NCBI RefSeq assembly: GCF_048594475.1
Contig: NZ_JBMDXT010000162.1
Coordinates: forward strand, 2,093-66,092
Length of the DNA stretch: 64,000 nt
DNA from: Nakamurella sp.
GTDB taxonomy: Bacteria > Actinomycetota > Actinomycetes > Mycobacteriales > Nakamurellaceae
Reading direction: 5' to 3'
The notes below the pieces were generated by a model that made no database searches, had not been told where the DNA came from, and saw only the letters and a list, made by a program, of their open reading frames with translations. Below are positions 45,420 through 53,880 of this stretch, piece after piece (position 1 is the first letter of the stretch; each line of letters opens with the position of its first letter). The translations under genes were made by a program, and so were the position numbers.

Positions 45420-45499
45420 GCGCGGATCAAATCACGCCAGATGGGACGGGTGGGACGGAAGTCGACGAGTTGAGCCGCGCCGGGGTAGATGATCCGCGC
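45420..45499 (-). repeat. Dispersed 80-bp intergenic repeat (copy B, inverted relative to copy A)
   Basis: Perfect 10-bp termini GCGCGGATCA / TGATCCGCGC. Shares the core gtcgacg..ccgtcccacccgtccca with the other copies. Confidence 0.85.
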
Positions 45500-45501
45500 G
45501 G

Positions 45502-45954
45502 TCAGGGCACGACGGTGACGGGCCACTTGCCGGCCCGGACCAGCCGGACGCCGACGGAGCCGACGATGCGGTGCCCGGCGGAGGTCGAGGCCCCGACGAC
45601 GACCGCATCCGCGAGGACCTTCTCGCAGATCCGCGAGATCTCGGTGAACGGGTCACCCGTGGTCTCGATGAACCGGGCCCGCACACCGGCCCGGGCGGTC
45701 GCCTCCACGAACTGGGCCCGCAGCTCGTCGGCGACCTGACGCTCGGCCTGGTCGAACGCCGGCATCGCCGCCGGAGCCAGGCCGACCAGCGAGGACCCCG
45801 CGATCACCACCACCGCGACCAGCTCCGCGGCCTGACGCCGGGCCAGCCCGGCCGCGTACGCGGCGGCCCGCAGGGACGTCGTCGATCCGTCGACCGCGAC
45901 GACGATCACCCGGGGTCCGTCGGTCCCCCGCTCGAACTGCTCGGTCCCGCTCAC
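45502..45954 (-). CDS. Universal stress protein (UspA family)
   Basis: GTG 45954 within ORF 45502-47019. Motifs: [36 protein letters not shown]. Confidence 0.85.
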   Translation of the reverse strand: MSGTEQFERGTDGPRVIVVAVDGSTTSLRAAAYAAGLARRQAAELVAVVVIAGSSLVGLAPAAMPAFDQAERQVADELRAQFVEATARAGVRARFIETTGDPFTEISRICEKVLADAVVVGASTSAGHRIVGSVGVRLVRAGKWPVTVVP

Positions 45955-45984
45955 GTCGACGAGTCTGCTGACTATCCTGGGCCG

Positions 45985-47100
45985 GTGCCAGACCCGGTGT
46001 CCGATTCCACGGTGTCCGATCCTGCGGTGTCCGATCCTGCGGTGTCCGATCCCCGGGCGTCCGACGCGACGCCGGCGCGTCGGGCGGTGAACGGCCCGGA
46101 GTCCGACCCGGCGGCGCCGGGCGACGGACCGGCGGTGTTCACCGACCCGCAGCCGGACATCTTCGGCGCGCCGTACGAGGCGCTGACCCTCGTGCTGCCC
46201 GACGACCGGGAAGGACCGGTCGTCTCCACGCTCGTCCGGCGCCGGGCGGCCCGGCCCACGTCGAGCGCGGTGCTGTACCTGCACGGTTTCTCCGACTACT
46301 TCCACCAGCGGGAGCTGGCCGATTTCCACGCCGCCCGCGGCGACGACTTCTACGCCGTCGACCTGCGCAAGAACGGCCGGTCGCTGCTGGCCCACCAGAC
46401 TCCCGCGGACATGGCCGACGTCGCCGACTACTACCCCGAGCTGACCGCCGCGCTGGCCACGATCGTCGCCGACGGCCACGAGAGCGTCGTGCTCAACGCC
46501 CATTCCACCGGCGGGCTGATCGGCGTGCTGTGGCTGCACGACGCGCCGAAACTGGGCACCGACCTGTCCCCCGTGACGGCGGTCGTGCTGAACAGCCCGT
46601 TCCTGGACGTGCCGGCGAACTGGGCGCTGCGGGCCCTGGCCCCGCGGCCGTTCGCCGTGCTGGCCCGCAACCGGCCGCAGCTGGTGCTCCAGCAGCCCAC
46701 CCGCAGCCAGTACCAGATCAGCATCCACGCCACCGAGCGCGGCGAGTGGGAGTTCAACCCGGCGTGGAAGCCCGTCACCGGCGGAGTAGTACGGGCCCAA
46801 TGGCTCTCGGCCGCCCAGCGGGCCATCGCCCGGGCCCACGCCGGCCTGGGCCTGCCGATGCCGCTGCTGGCGATGAGCAGCAGCCGCACCGTCCGCGCCA
46901 AGCAGTGGACCGATGAGCTGCTGCGCGGCGACGCCGTGCTCAACGCCGACGCGATCGCCCGCTGGTCGACGATGCTCGGCCGGCACGTCACCTGCGTCCG
47001 GATCGCTGACGGCATGCACGACCTGCTGCTCTCCACCCCGCCGGTGCGGGCGGCGGTCTACGCCGAGATGGCCCGCTGGCTCGACGCCTACGGCCGCTGA
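45985..47100 (+). CDS. Alpha/beta hydrolase (lysophospholipase/monoglyceride-lipase-like)
   Basis: Within ORF 45571-47100. GTG 45985 is tentative. Motifs: YLHGFSDY, nucleophile elbow NAHSTGG, DGMHDLL. Confidence 0.8.
   Translation: MPDPVSDSTVSDPAVSDPAVSDPRASDATPARRAVNGPESDPAAPGDGPAVFTDPQPDIFGAPYEALTLVLPDDREGPVVSTLVRRRAARPTSSAVLYLHGFSDYFHQRELADFHAARGDDFYAVDLRKNGRSLLAHQTPADMADVADYYPELTAALATIVADGHESVVLNAHSTGGLIGVLWLHDAPKLGTDLSPVTAVVLNSPFLDVPANWALRALAPRPFAVLARNRPQLVLQQPTRSQYQISIHATERGEWEFNPAWKPVTGGVVRAQWLSAAQRAIARAHAGLGLPMPLLAMSSSRTVRAKQWTDELLRGDAVLNADAIARWSTMLGRHVTCVRIADGMHDLLLSTPPVRAAVYAEMARWLDAYGR
45997..46071. repeat. 15-nt tandem repeat GTGTCCGATCCTGCG (4 good + 1 degenerate unit)
   Basis: Units at 45997, 46012, 46027, 46042 and 46057. 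In frame they read VSDxx repeats at the putative N-terminus of the hydrolase, or they lie in the divergent promoter region. Confidence 0.8.
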
Positions 47101-47291
47101 CGCCGTCCGGCCGGCCGGCGACCCGGCACACGGCCGTGCCGGGGGACCCCGGTGCCAGGCTGATCAATTCCGCGCGTGTTGCCCGATTCGTCCGGCTTTG
47201 GTGCGGGTTTGATCAGCGAAGCAGGCGGGTCCGGAGGAGCGGCGGGCGGCGGTCAGGGCGGCGAGCCGGTGGTCAGGACGCGAGCCGGACG

Positions 47292-47356
47292 GCGGTCAGG
47301 ACAGACGGGCGGCCAGGACAGCAGGCGGTCAGGACAGCAGGCGGTCAGGACAGCAG
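47292..47356. repeat. Four tandem 16-nt units GCGGTCAGGACAGCAG; the last forms the stop and final codons of the AEC transporter gene
   Basis: Units at 47292-47307, 47309-47324, 47325-47340 and 47341-47356. More degenerate GGTCAGG-containing copies extend back to about 47247. Confidence 0.8.
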
Positions 47357-48268
47357 GCCGGCGATGGCGACCAGCACCGGGATGCAGAACAGGGTCGTGG
47401 TGGCGACGGCGTCCCGGGCCAGCGGCACCGCGGCCTGGTAGCGGACGGCGTAGACGAAGACGTTCTGCGCGGTCGGTAGCGCGGCGCACATGGTCGAGGC
47501 GAGCAGCGGCACCCCGCTCATCCCGAACACCCAGCGCCCGAGCACATAGGCGACGACCGGCATCACCATCAGCTTGAGCACCGCGACCACCGACAGGTCG
47601 GCGGCCCGGCCGCCCCGGCCCGGCAGGGGCGCCCCGCGCAGCGAGATGCCGAACGCGATGAGCGCGCCCGGCACGGCCATCCCGGCGATCAGCTTGAGCG
47701 GGGCGTCGATCAGCGCCGGGATGCTCGCCCCGGTCGCGGCCAGCGAGATGCCGATCACCGAGGCGATGATCACCGGGTTGCGCACCGGCTGGATCAGCAC
47801 CCGCCGCCAGGACGGCCGGCGTCCCGACTCGACCATGTCCAGCACCACGAACGCGATCGGCGCGAGCACCGTCAGCTGGTAGAGCATGACCGGCGCGACC
47901 AGGGCGGCGTCACCGAAGACGTAGACCGCCAGCGGGATGCCGAGATTGCCGGCGTTGACGTACGACGCCGCCAGGGACCCGACGACCACCGACCCGACGT
48001 CGCGGCGCCACCACACCCGCGCGATCAGCAGGAAGATCGCCCACGACACGGTGGTGGTCAGTGCGGTGACCGCCAGCCCGGCCGACAGCACCGCCGAGAT
48101 CGACGCCCCGGCCAGGGTTTCCAGCAGCAACGCCGGGGTGGCGACGAAGAAGACCAGCCGGGAGAGCACCGTCGGGGTGCCGGGCGGCAGCAGGGTGGTC
48201 CGGGCCAGCCCGTAGCCCACCCCGACGACGAGGCCGATCGTCGTCAGGCCCTGCAGGACCGCCAGCAC
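47345..48268 (-). CDS. AEC-family (auxin efflux carrier-like) transporter
   Basis: ORF 47345-48268. About 10 TM helices, with a typical AEC N-terminus (LTTIGLVVGVGYGLAR) and two-repeat topology. Confidence 0.85.
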   Translation of the reverse strand: MLAVLQGLTTIGLVVGVGYGLARTTLLPPGTPTVLSRLVFFVATPALLLETLAGASISAVLSAGLAVTALTTTVSWAIFLLIARVWWRRDVGSVVVGSLAASYVNAGNLGIPLAVYVFGDAALVAPVMLYQLTVLAPIAFVVLDMVESGRRPSWRRVLIQPVRNPVIIASVIGISLAATGASIPALIDAPLKLIAGMAVPGALIAFGISLRGAPLPGRGGRAADLSVVAVLKLMVMPVVAYVLGRWVFGMSGVPLLASTMCAALPTAQNVFVYAVRYQAAVPLARDAVATTTLFCIPVLVAIAGLLS

Positions 48269-48271
48269 CGG

Positions 48272-49471
48272 TCAGCGGACGAGCGCGAGGGTCGCGCGGG
48301 CGATCGCCAGCTCCTCGTTCGTCGGGACGACCATCACCGTGACGGGCGACCCGTCGGCCGAGATGACCCGCGGCTGCGGCGATCGCACCGCGTTCCGCTC
48401 GGGATCCAGGACCAGGCCGAGGCCCTCGAGCCCGGCCAGCACCCGGGCCCGCACGGTGGCGGCGTTCTCGCCGACCCCGGCGGTGAAGGTGACGACGTCG
48501 GCGCCGCCGAGCACCGCCAGGTACGCGCCGATGTACTTGCGCACCCGGTGGCAGTAGACGTCCAGGGCCAGGGCGGCGTCGGCGTCCCCGCCGTCGATCA
48601 AGGCGTCCAGATCACGGAAGTCGGAGACGCCGGACAGCCCGAGCATGCCGGAGCGCCGGTTGAGCAGATTGTCGATCTCGTCGATCGACAGCCCGCCGGT
48701 CCGGGCCAGGTGGAACACCACGCCGGGGTCGAGATCGCCGCTGCGGGTGCCCATCACCAGACCCTCCAGCGGGGTCAGGCCCATCGACGTCTCCACCGCC
48801 CGGCCACCGGCGACCGCGGACACCGACGCCCCGTTGCCCAGGTGCAGCACGATCTGCCGCAGGTCGGCCAGGTCCCGGCCGAGCGCCTGCGCGACCTGAC
48901 CGGCGACGTACTGGTGGGACGTGCCGTGGAAGCCGTAGCGCCGCACCTGGTACCGCTGCGCCACCGCGCGGTCGATCGCGTAGGTCGCGGCCGCGGCCGG
49001 CAGGTCCCGGAAGAACGCGGTGTCGAACACCGCCACCTGCGGCACGTCCGGGAACGCCAGCATCGCCTGCTCGATGCCGATGGCGTTCGCCGGATTGTGC
49101 AGCGGCGCCAGCACCGACAGGTCCTTGATCGCGGCGAGCACCGCGGCGTCGATCAGTGTCGGGTCGCCGAACCGCGACCCGCCGTGCACCACCCGGTGGC
49201 CGACGCCGGCCAGCCCGGACCGCGCGATCGGCCGGCCCGCCCGGTCGAACAGGTCCTTCATCACCTCGATGGCGGCGGCGTGGTCGGCGATCTCGCCGGT
49301 GAACTCGAACTCCTCGCCGTCCTGCCGGTGGGTCGCCCGGCCCGGCTCGGCGCCGGCGACGCCGATCCGTTCGATCAGGCCGACCGTCACCGCCTGGCCC
49401 TCGTCGGGATCGATCAGCTGGTACTTCATCGACGAGGAACCGGAGTTCACCACGAGGATCGGATACCGCAT
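48272..49471 (-). CDS. ackA: Acetate kinase
   Basis: ATG 49471 within ORF 48272-51316. Motifs: ILVVNSGSSSMKYQL, GHRVVHGG, FDTAFF, YGFHGTSH. 1-nt TGATG overlap with pta. Confidence 0.95.
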   Translation of the reverse strand: MRYPILVVNSGSSSMKYQLIDPDEGQAVTVGLIERIGVAGAEPGRATHRQDGEEFEFTGEIADHAAAIEVMKDLFDRAGRPIARSGLAGVGHRVVHGGSRFGDPTLIDAAVLAAIKDLSVLAPLHNPANAIGIEQAMLAFPDVPQVAVFDTAFFRDLPAAAATYAIDRAVAQRYQVRRYGFHGTSHQYVAGQVAQALGRDLADLRQIVLHLGNGASVSAVAGGRAVETSMGLTPLEGLVMGTRSGDLDPGVVFHLARTGGLSIDEIDNLLNRRSGMLGLSGVSDFRDLDALIDGGDADAALALDVYCHRVRKYIGAYLAVLGGADVVTFTAGVGENAATVRARVLAGLEGLGLVLDPERNAVRSPQPRVISADGSPVTVMVVPTNEELAIARATLALVR

Positions 49472-51537
49472 CAGGACGCGCCCCCCTGGGCCTGGATGGC
49501 CGTGATGGCCACGGTGTTGACGATGTCGGCGACCAGCGCCCCGCGGGACAGGTCGTTGACCGGCTTGTTCAGGCCCTGCAGGACCGGGCCGATGGCGACC
49601 GCCCCGGCGCTGCGCTGCACGGCCTTGTAGGTGTTGTTGCCGGTGTTCAGGTCCGGGAAGATCAGCACGGTCGCCCGGCCGGCGACCTTGGAGTCGGGCA
49701 GCTTGGTGACGGCGACGTCCGGGTCGACCGCCGCGTCGTACTGGATCGGTCCCTCCACCAGCAGGTCGGGCCGCTCCCGGTGCACGATCTCGGTGGCCGC
49801 GCGCACCTTCTCCACGTCCTCGCCCGAGCCGGAACTGCCGGTCGAGTACGACAGCATCGCCACCCGGGGATCGACCCCGAACTGGGCGGCCGTCTGCGCC
49901 GACGAGACGGCGATCTCGGCCAGCTGCGGGGCGGTCGGGTCGGGGTTGACCGCGCAGTCGCCGTAGACCAGCACCCGGTCGGCCAGGCACATCAGGAACA
50001 CGCTGGAGACCACGGTGGTGCCCGGCGCGGTCTTGATGATCTCGAACGACGGCCGGATCGTGTGCGCGGTGGTGTGCACGGCGCCGCTGACCATGCCGTC
50101 GGCCATCCCCAGGTGCACCATCATCGTGCCGAAATAGGAGACGTCGCTGACGATGTCGGTCGCCAGCTCGAGCGTGATGCCCTTGTGCGCGCGCAGCCGG
50201 GCGTACTCGGCGGCGAACCGAGCGACCAGCTCCGGATCGGTGGGCGACAGGATCCGGGCGGCCGAGATGTCCAGGCCCAGGGTGTCGGCCTTGGCCTTGA
50301 TCGCCATCTCGTCGCCGAGCAGGGTCAGGTCGGCCACGTCCAGCCGGAGCAGGATGGCCGCGGCCCGCAGGATGCGCTCCTCCTCGCCCTCGGGCAGCAC
50401 CACGTGCCGGCGGTCGGCCCGGGCCCGCTCGATCAGCCGGTACTGGAACATCATCGGGGTGACCACGCTGGGATCGGCCACGTCCAGCGCGCCGACGATC
50501 GCGTCGGCGTCGACCCCCTCGGCGAACGCCTGCAGCGCCTTCTCCAGCTTGATCGCCGAATCCGCGGTCAGCCGGCCGCGGACCCGGCCCAACCCGGTCG
50601 CCGTCTCGAACGTGCCCGAGTTGGCCAGCAGGATCGGCATGTCCGGCTTGATGCCGTCGATCAGCCGGGTGATGGCCGAGTCGGGGGTGTACCCGCCGGT
50701 CAGCACCATCGAGGCCAGCTCGGGGAACGTCGCCGACTGGTGGGCCAGGATCAACGCCGGCAGCATGTCCGAGCGATCGCCCGGGACGATGACGGTGGTG
50801 AACGGCCGCAGCCGCTTGAGCACGTTGGGCGGCGTCATCGCGGCGACCAGGAAGCCCATCGACTCCCGGGCCAGCAGCTCCTCGTCGCCGCGCCACAGCA
50901 CCGCCCCGCAGGCGTCGCGCAGGTCGGCGACGGTCGGCGCGCCCAGCAGCGGGACGTCGGCGATCGCGCCGGAGACCAGGCCGCCGCGGCCGAGCAGGTC
51001 GCGGACGGCCTCGATCGCTTCGGGGTCGACCCGGTTGGCGATCGCCGCCACCGGTTGCGCGTGCCAGGTGACCAGCTCCGACCTGGCCAGTTCGATGGTC
51101 GCCGCGATCACCGCGGGGGTCCGCCCGGACCCGTTGACGACGATGACCACCGGCGACCCGAGATTGGCCGCGATCCGCGCGTTGCTGGCCCACTCGTTGC
51201 CGGTGGTGACGTCGGTGTAGTCGCTGCCGACCACCACCACGGCGTCGTACTCGGCGCTCAGCTCGCCGAACCGGTCGACGATCCGCGACAGCGCGGCGTC
51301 CTGGTCGGCGTGCCACTGCGCATAGCTGACGCCGGTGGCGTCGGCGTGGTCCTGCCGCACGCCGGGATGCGCGATCAGCAGGTCCACGACCGTGTCGCGA
51401 TCATCCTCCGAGTCGATGATCGGCCGGAAGACGCCGACCCGGCCGACCCGACGGCTGAGCAGGTCGACCAGCCCCAGGGCCACCGCCGACTTCCCGGAAT
51501 GCGCCTCCGGCGCGGTGATGTACAGGCTGCGCGACAT
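49471..51537 (-). CDS. pta: Phosphate acetyltransferase (long form with N-terminal CobQ/DRTGG-type domain)
   Basis: ORF 49471-51537. N-terminal SLYITAPEAHSGKSAV. C-terminal PTA domain motifs: VLPEGEEERIL, SGAVHTTAHTIRP, GPVLQGLNKPVNDLSRG. Confidence 0.95.
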   Translation of the reverse strand: MSRSLYITAPEAHSGKSAVALGLVDLLSRRVGRVGVFRPIIDSEDDRDTVVDLLIAHPGVRQDHADATGVSYAQWHADQDAALSRIVDRFGELSAEYDAVVVVGSDYTDVTTGNEWASNARIAANLGSPVVIVVNGSGRTPAVIAATIELARSELVTWHAQPVAAIANRVDPEAIEAVRDLLGRGGLVSGAIADVPLLGAPTVADLRDACGAVLWRGDEELLARESMGFLVAAMTPPNVLKRLRPFTTVIVPGDRSDMLPALILAHQSATFPELASMVLTGGYTPDSAITRLIDGIKPDMPILLANSGTFETATGLGRVRGRLTADSAIKLEKALQAFAEGVDADAIVGALDVADPSVVTPMMFQYRLIERARADRRHVVLPEGEEERILRAAAILLRLDVADLTLLGDEMAIKAKADTLGLDISAARILSPTDPELVARFAAEYARLRAHKGITLELATDIVSDVSYFGTMMVHLGMADGMVSGAVHTTAHTIRPSFEIIKTAPGTTVVSSVFLMCLADRVLVYGDCAVNPDPTAPQLAEIAVSSAQTAAQFGVDPRVAMLSYSTGSSGSGEDVEKVRAATEIVHRERPDLLVEGPIQYDAAVDPDVAVTKLPDSKVAGRATVLIFPDLNTGNNTYKAVQRSAGAVAIGPVLQGLNKPVNDLSRGALVADIVNTVAITAIQAQGGAS

Positions 51538-51609
51538 GTGCTGAGGCTATCCGGGCCGGTGGACGCGGTCGTGCCGAACGACGCGCGTCACACCCGAATT
51601 CATCAGGCG

Positions 51610-51639
51610 TTGACATCCCGTCCGCACCGGGTCTACCGT
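51610..51639 (+). promoter_or_regulatory. Candidate promoter: TTGACA-N18-TACCGT
   Basis: Perfect -35 hexamer at 51610-51615 and a TANNNT-type -10 at 51634-51639, about 50 nt upstream of the ABC ATPase GTG. Flanked by direct GAATTCATC repeats. Confidence 0.3.
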
Positions 51640-51690
51640 CAGCTCGGAACGAGAATTCATCCTCCGTTGAGATATCGGGAGGTGGGAGCC

Positions 51691-52407
51691 GTGGCGAACG
51701 GCATCGTGGTGACCGATCTGGTCGTGCGGCGGGGTCGGGCGACCGTGCTGGACGGCCTGAGCTGCCGGGCCGGGGCCGGGCGGATCACCGGGCTGCTGGG
51801 ACCGTCCGGGGCCGGCAAGACCACGCTGATCCGGGCGATCGTCGGGGTGCAGATCGTGCGGTCCGGCACGGTCACCGTGCTCGGCGAACCGGCCGGGTCC
51901 GCCTCGCTGCGCCGCCGGATCGGCTACGTCAGCCAGGCGCCGTCGGTGTACCAGGACCTGTCGGTGATCGAGAACGCGCGCTACTTCGCCGCCATCGCCG
52001 GCGCCGGCGGCGCGGCGGCCCGGGCCGCGGTCGACCAGGTCGGACTGGCCGGGGCGGCCGGCCGGCTGGTCGGCACGCTGTCCGGCGGTCAACGGTCCCG
52101 GGCGTCGCTGGCCTGCGCGATCGTCGGCGACCCGCCCGTCCTGGTCCTCGACGAGCCGACCGTCGGGCAGGACCCGGTGCTGCGCGAGGAGCTGTGGGGC
52201 TTCTTCCACGAGCGGGCGGCGGCCGGGGCGACCGTGCTGGTCTCCTCGCACGTGATGGACGAGGCCACCCGCTGCGACGCGCTGCTGCTGATCCGCGACG
52301 GGGTGCTGCTGGCCGACGACACCCCCGCCGCGATCAAGCACCGGGCCGGCACCGACGACATGGACCGGGCGTTCCTGCAGCTGATCCGGGAAGGGGCCGG
52401 GCGATGA
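51691..52407 (+). CDS. ABC transporter ATP-binding protein (ABC-2/DrrA-like)
   Basis: GTG 51691 after GGGAGG. Walker A GPSGAGKTT, signature LSGGQRSR, Walker B VLVLDEP. Confidence 0.9.
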   Translation: MANGIVVTDLVVRRGRATVLDGLSCRAGAGRITGLLGPSGAGKTTLIRAIVGVQIVRSGTVTVLGEPAGSASLRRRIGYVSQAPSVYQDLSVIENARYFAAIAGAGGAAARAAVDQVGLAGAAGRLVGTLSGGQRSRASLACAIVGDPPVLVLDEPTVGQDPVLREELWGFFHERAAAGATVLVSSHVMDEATRCDALLLIRDGVLLADDTPAAIKHRAGTDDMDRAFLQLIREGAGR

Positions 52408-53150
52408 CCGCCGTGATCGATCCCCGCATCCTGGGCGCGACGACCGTGCGCATCCTGCGCCAGCTCCGGCACGACCCGCGCACCCTGGCGCTGCTGGTCG
52501 CGGTGCCGGTCGTGCTGATGGGCCTGGTCTACGCGATGTACGACGGGTCGCCCCAGGTCGGGCAGATCCTGCTGATCATGCTCGGCATCTTCCCGTTCGT
52601 GATCATGTTCCTGATCACCAGCATCGCCATGCTCCGGGAGCGCACCAGCGGCACCCTGGAACGCCTCATGACGACCCGTACCGGACCGGGCGACCTGCTG
52701 TTCGGCTATGGCATCGCCTTCGGCGCGACGGCCGCCGGGCAGGCCGTGGTCGCGGCGGCCTGCGCGTACTGGCTGTACGCGATGACGACCGCCGGCGCGG
52801 CCGGGCTGGTGGTGCTCATCGCCGTGCTCACCGCCCTGCTCGGGGTCGGGCTCGGGCTGGCCTGCTCGGCCCTGGCCCGCACCGAGTTCCAGGCCGTGCA
52901 GATGCTGCCGGTGGTCGTGATCCCGCAGATCCTGCTGTGCGGCCTGTTCGTGCCGCGGGACGCGATGGCCGGTTGGCTCTCGGCCCTGTCCGACGTCATG
53001 CCGCTGAGCTACGCGGTGCAGGCGCTGCAGGAGGTGGGCGGCAACGCCGAGCCGACGTCGACGTTCTGGACCGACCTCGCCGTCGTCGGCGGGTGTGTGA
53101 TCCTGGGTCTGGTCCTGGCCGCGGCGACCCTGCGCCGGCGGACCGTCTGA
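52404..53150 (+). CDS. ABC-2-type transporter permease
   Basis: ATGA overlap with the ATPase gene. Six TM helices. N-terminus ILRQLRHDPRTLALLV is typical of ABC-2 permeases. Confidence 0.85.
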   Translation: MTAVIDPRILGATTVRILRQLRHDPRTLALLVAVPVVLMGLVYAMYDGSPQVGQILLIMLGIFPFVIMFLITSIAMLRERTSGTLERLMTTRTGPGDLLFGYGIAFGATAAGQAVVAAACAYWLYAMTTAGAAGLVVLIAVLTALLGVGLGLACSALARTEFQAVQMLPVVVIPQILLCGLFVPRDAMAGWLSALSDVMPLSYAVQALQEVGGNAEPTSTFWTDLAVVGGCVILGLVLAAATLRRRTV

Positions 53151-53163
53151 CCCGAGGAGACGC

Positions 53164-53880
53164 ATGACCGCCGGACCCGACGCCCGCCGGCGCCCGGCCC
53201 GCACCGGACGCCGGCCCGGCAACCCGGACACCCGGCGGGCGATTCTCGACGCCGCCCGCGCGACCTTCGCCGAGTCCGGTCTGGACGGCTCGTCGATCCG
53301 GCGGATCGCCGGCCGGGCCGGCGTCGACCCGGCCCTGGTGCACCACTACTTCGGGACCAAGGACGACCTGTTCATGGCCACGATCGAGTTGCCGATCGAT
53401 CTGCCGGCCCTGCTGCAGCGGGTCGGTGCCGACGGTCCGGACGGCCTCGGCGAGCGGCTGGTCACCATGATCCTGACGGTCTGGGAGTCGCCGGCCGGCG
53501 CCGGCCTGGCCGGCTGGCTGCGCACCGCACTGGCCGACGAGGGGCGGGCCCGGCTGCTCCGGCAGTTCGTCGTCGCCTCGGTCGCCGCCCCGTTCGCCGC
53601 CGCCGTCGGCATCCCCGAGGCCGAGCGCGAGCGCCGGATCGGGCTCGTGATGACGCAGGTCGTCGGCCTGATCGTCGGCCGCTACCTGCTCGCCCTGGAG
53701 CCCGTGGCGGCCCTGCCGCCCGGTCAGGTGGTCGCGTCGGTGGGCGGCACCGTCCAGCGGTACCTGACCGGCCCGCTGCCCGTCCCGCCGGACCCGGCCC
53801 CCGGCCCCCGCCGGCCGGCCGCCCCGCACGTCGCGCCCGACCCGGCCAGCGCCCCGGACCCCGCGGACGCCGCCGGATGA
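53164..53880 (+). CDS. TetR-family transcriptional regulator
   Basis: HTH: RRAILDAARATFAESGLDGSSIRRIAGRAGVDPALVHHYFGTKDDLF. Confidence 0.85.
   Translation: MTAGPDARRRPARTGRRPGNPDTRRAILDAARATFAESGLDGSSIRRIAGRAGVDPALVHHYFGTKDDLFMATIELPIDLPALLQRVGADGPDGLGERLVTMILTVWESPAGAGLAGWLRTALADEGRARLLRQFVVASVAAPFAAAVGIPEAERERRIGLVMTQVVGLIVGRYLLALEPVAALPPGQVVASVGGTVQRYLTGPLPVPPDPAPGPRRPAAPHVAPDPASAPDPADAAG

Noticed and set aside
47150-47220. Possible sixth copy of the dispersed repeat (tgatcaattccgcgcg...tttgatcagcg)
   Set aside because: Only the ends show weak resemblance, and the conserved GTCGAC..CCCACCCG core is missing. It is too degenerate to call by eye.
49472-52407. 1014-aa minus ORF beyond ackA, and 875-aa plus ORF beyond the ABC ATPase
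   Set aside because: Only the ackA portion (48272-49471) and the last 238 codons (51691-52407) carry family motifs. The remainders are shadow frames of pta.
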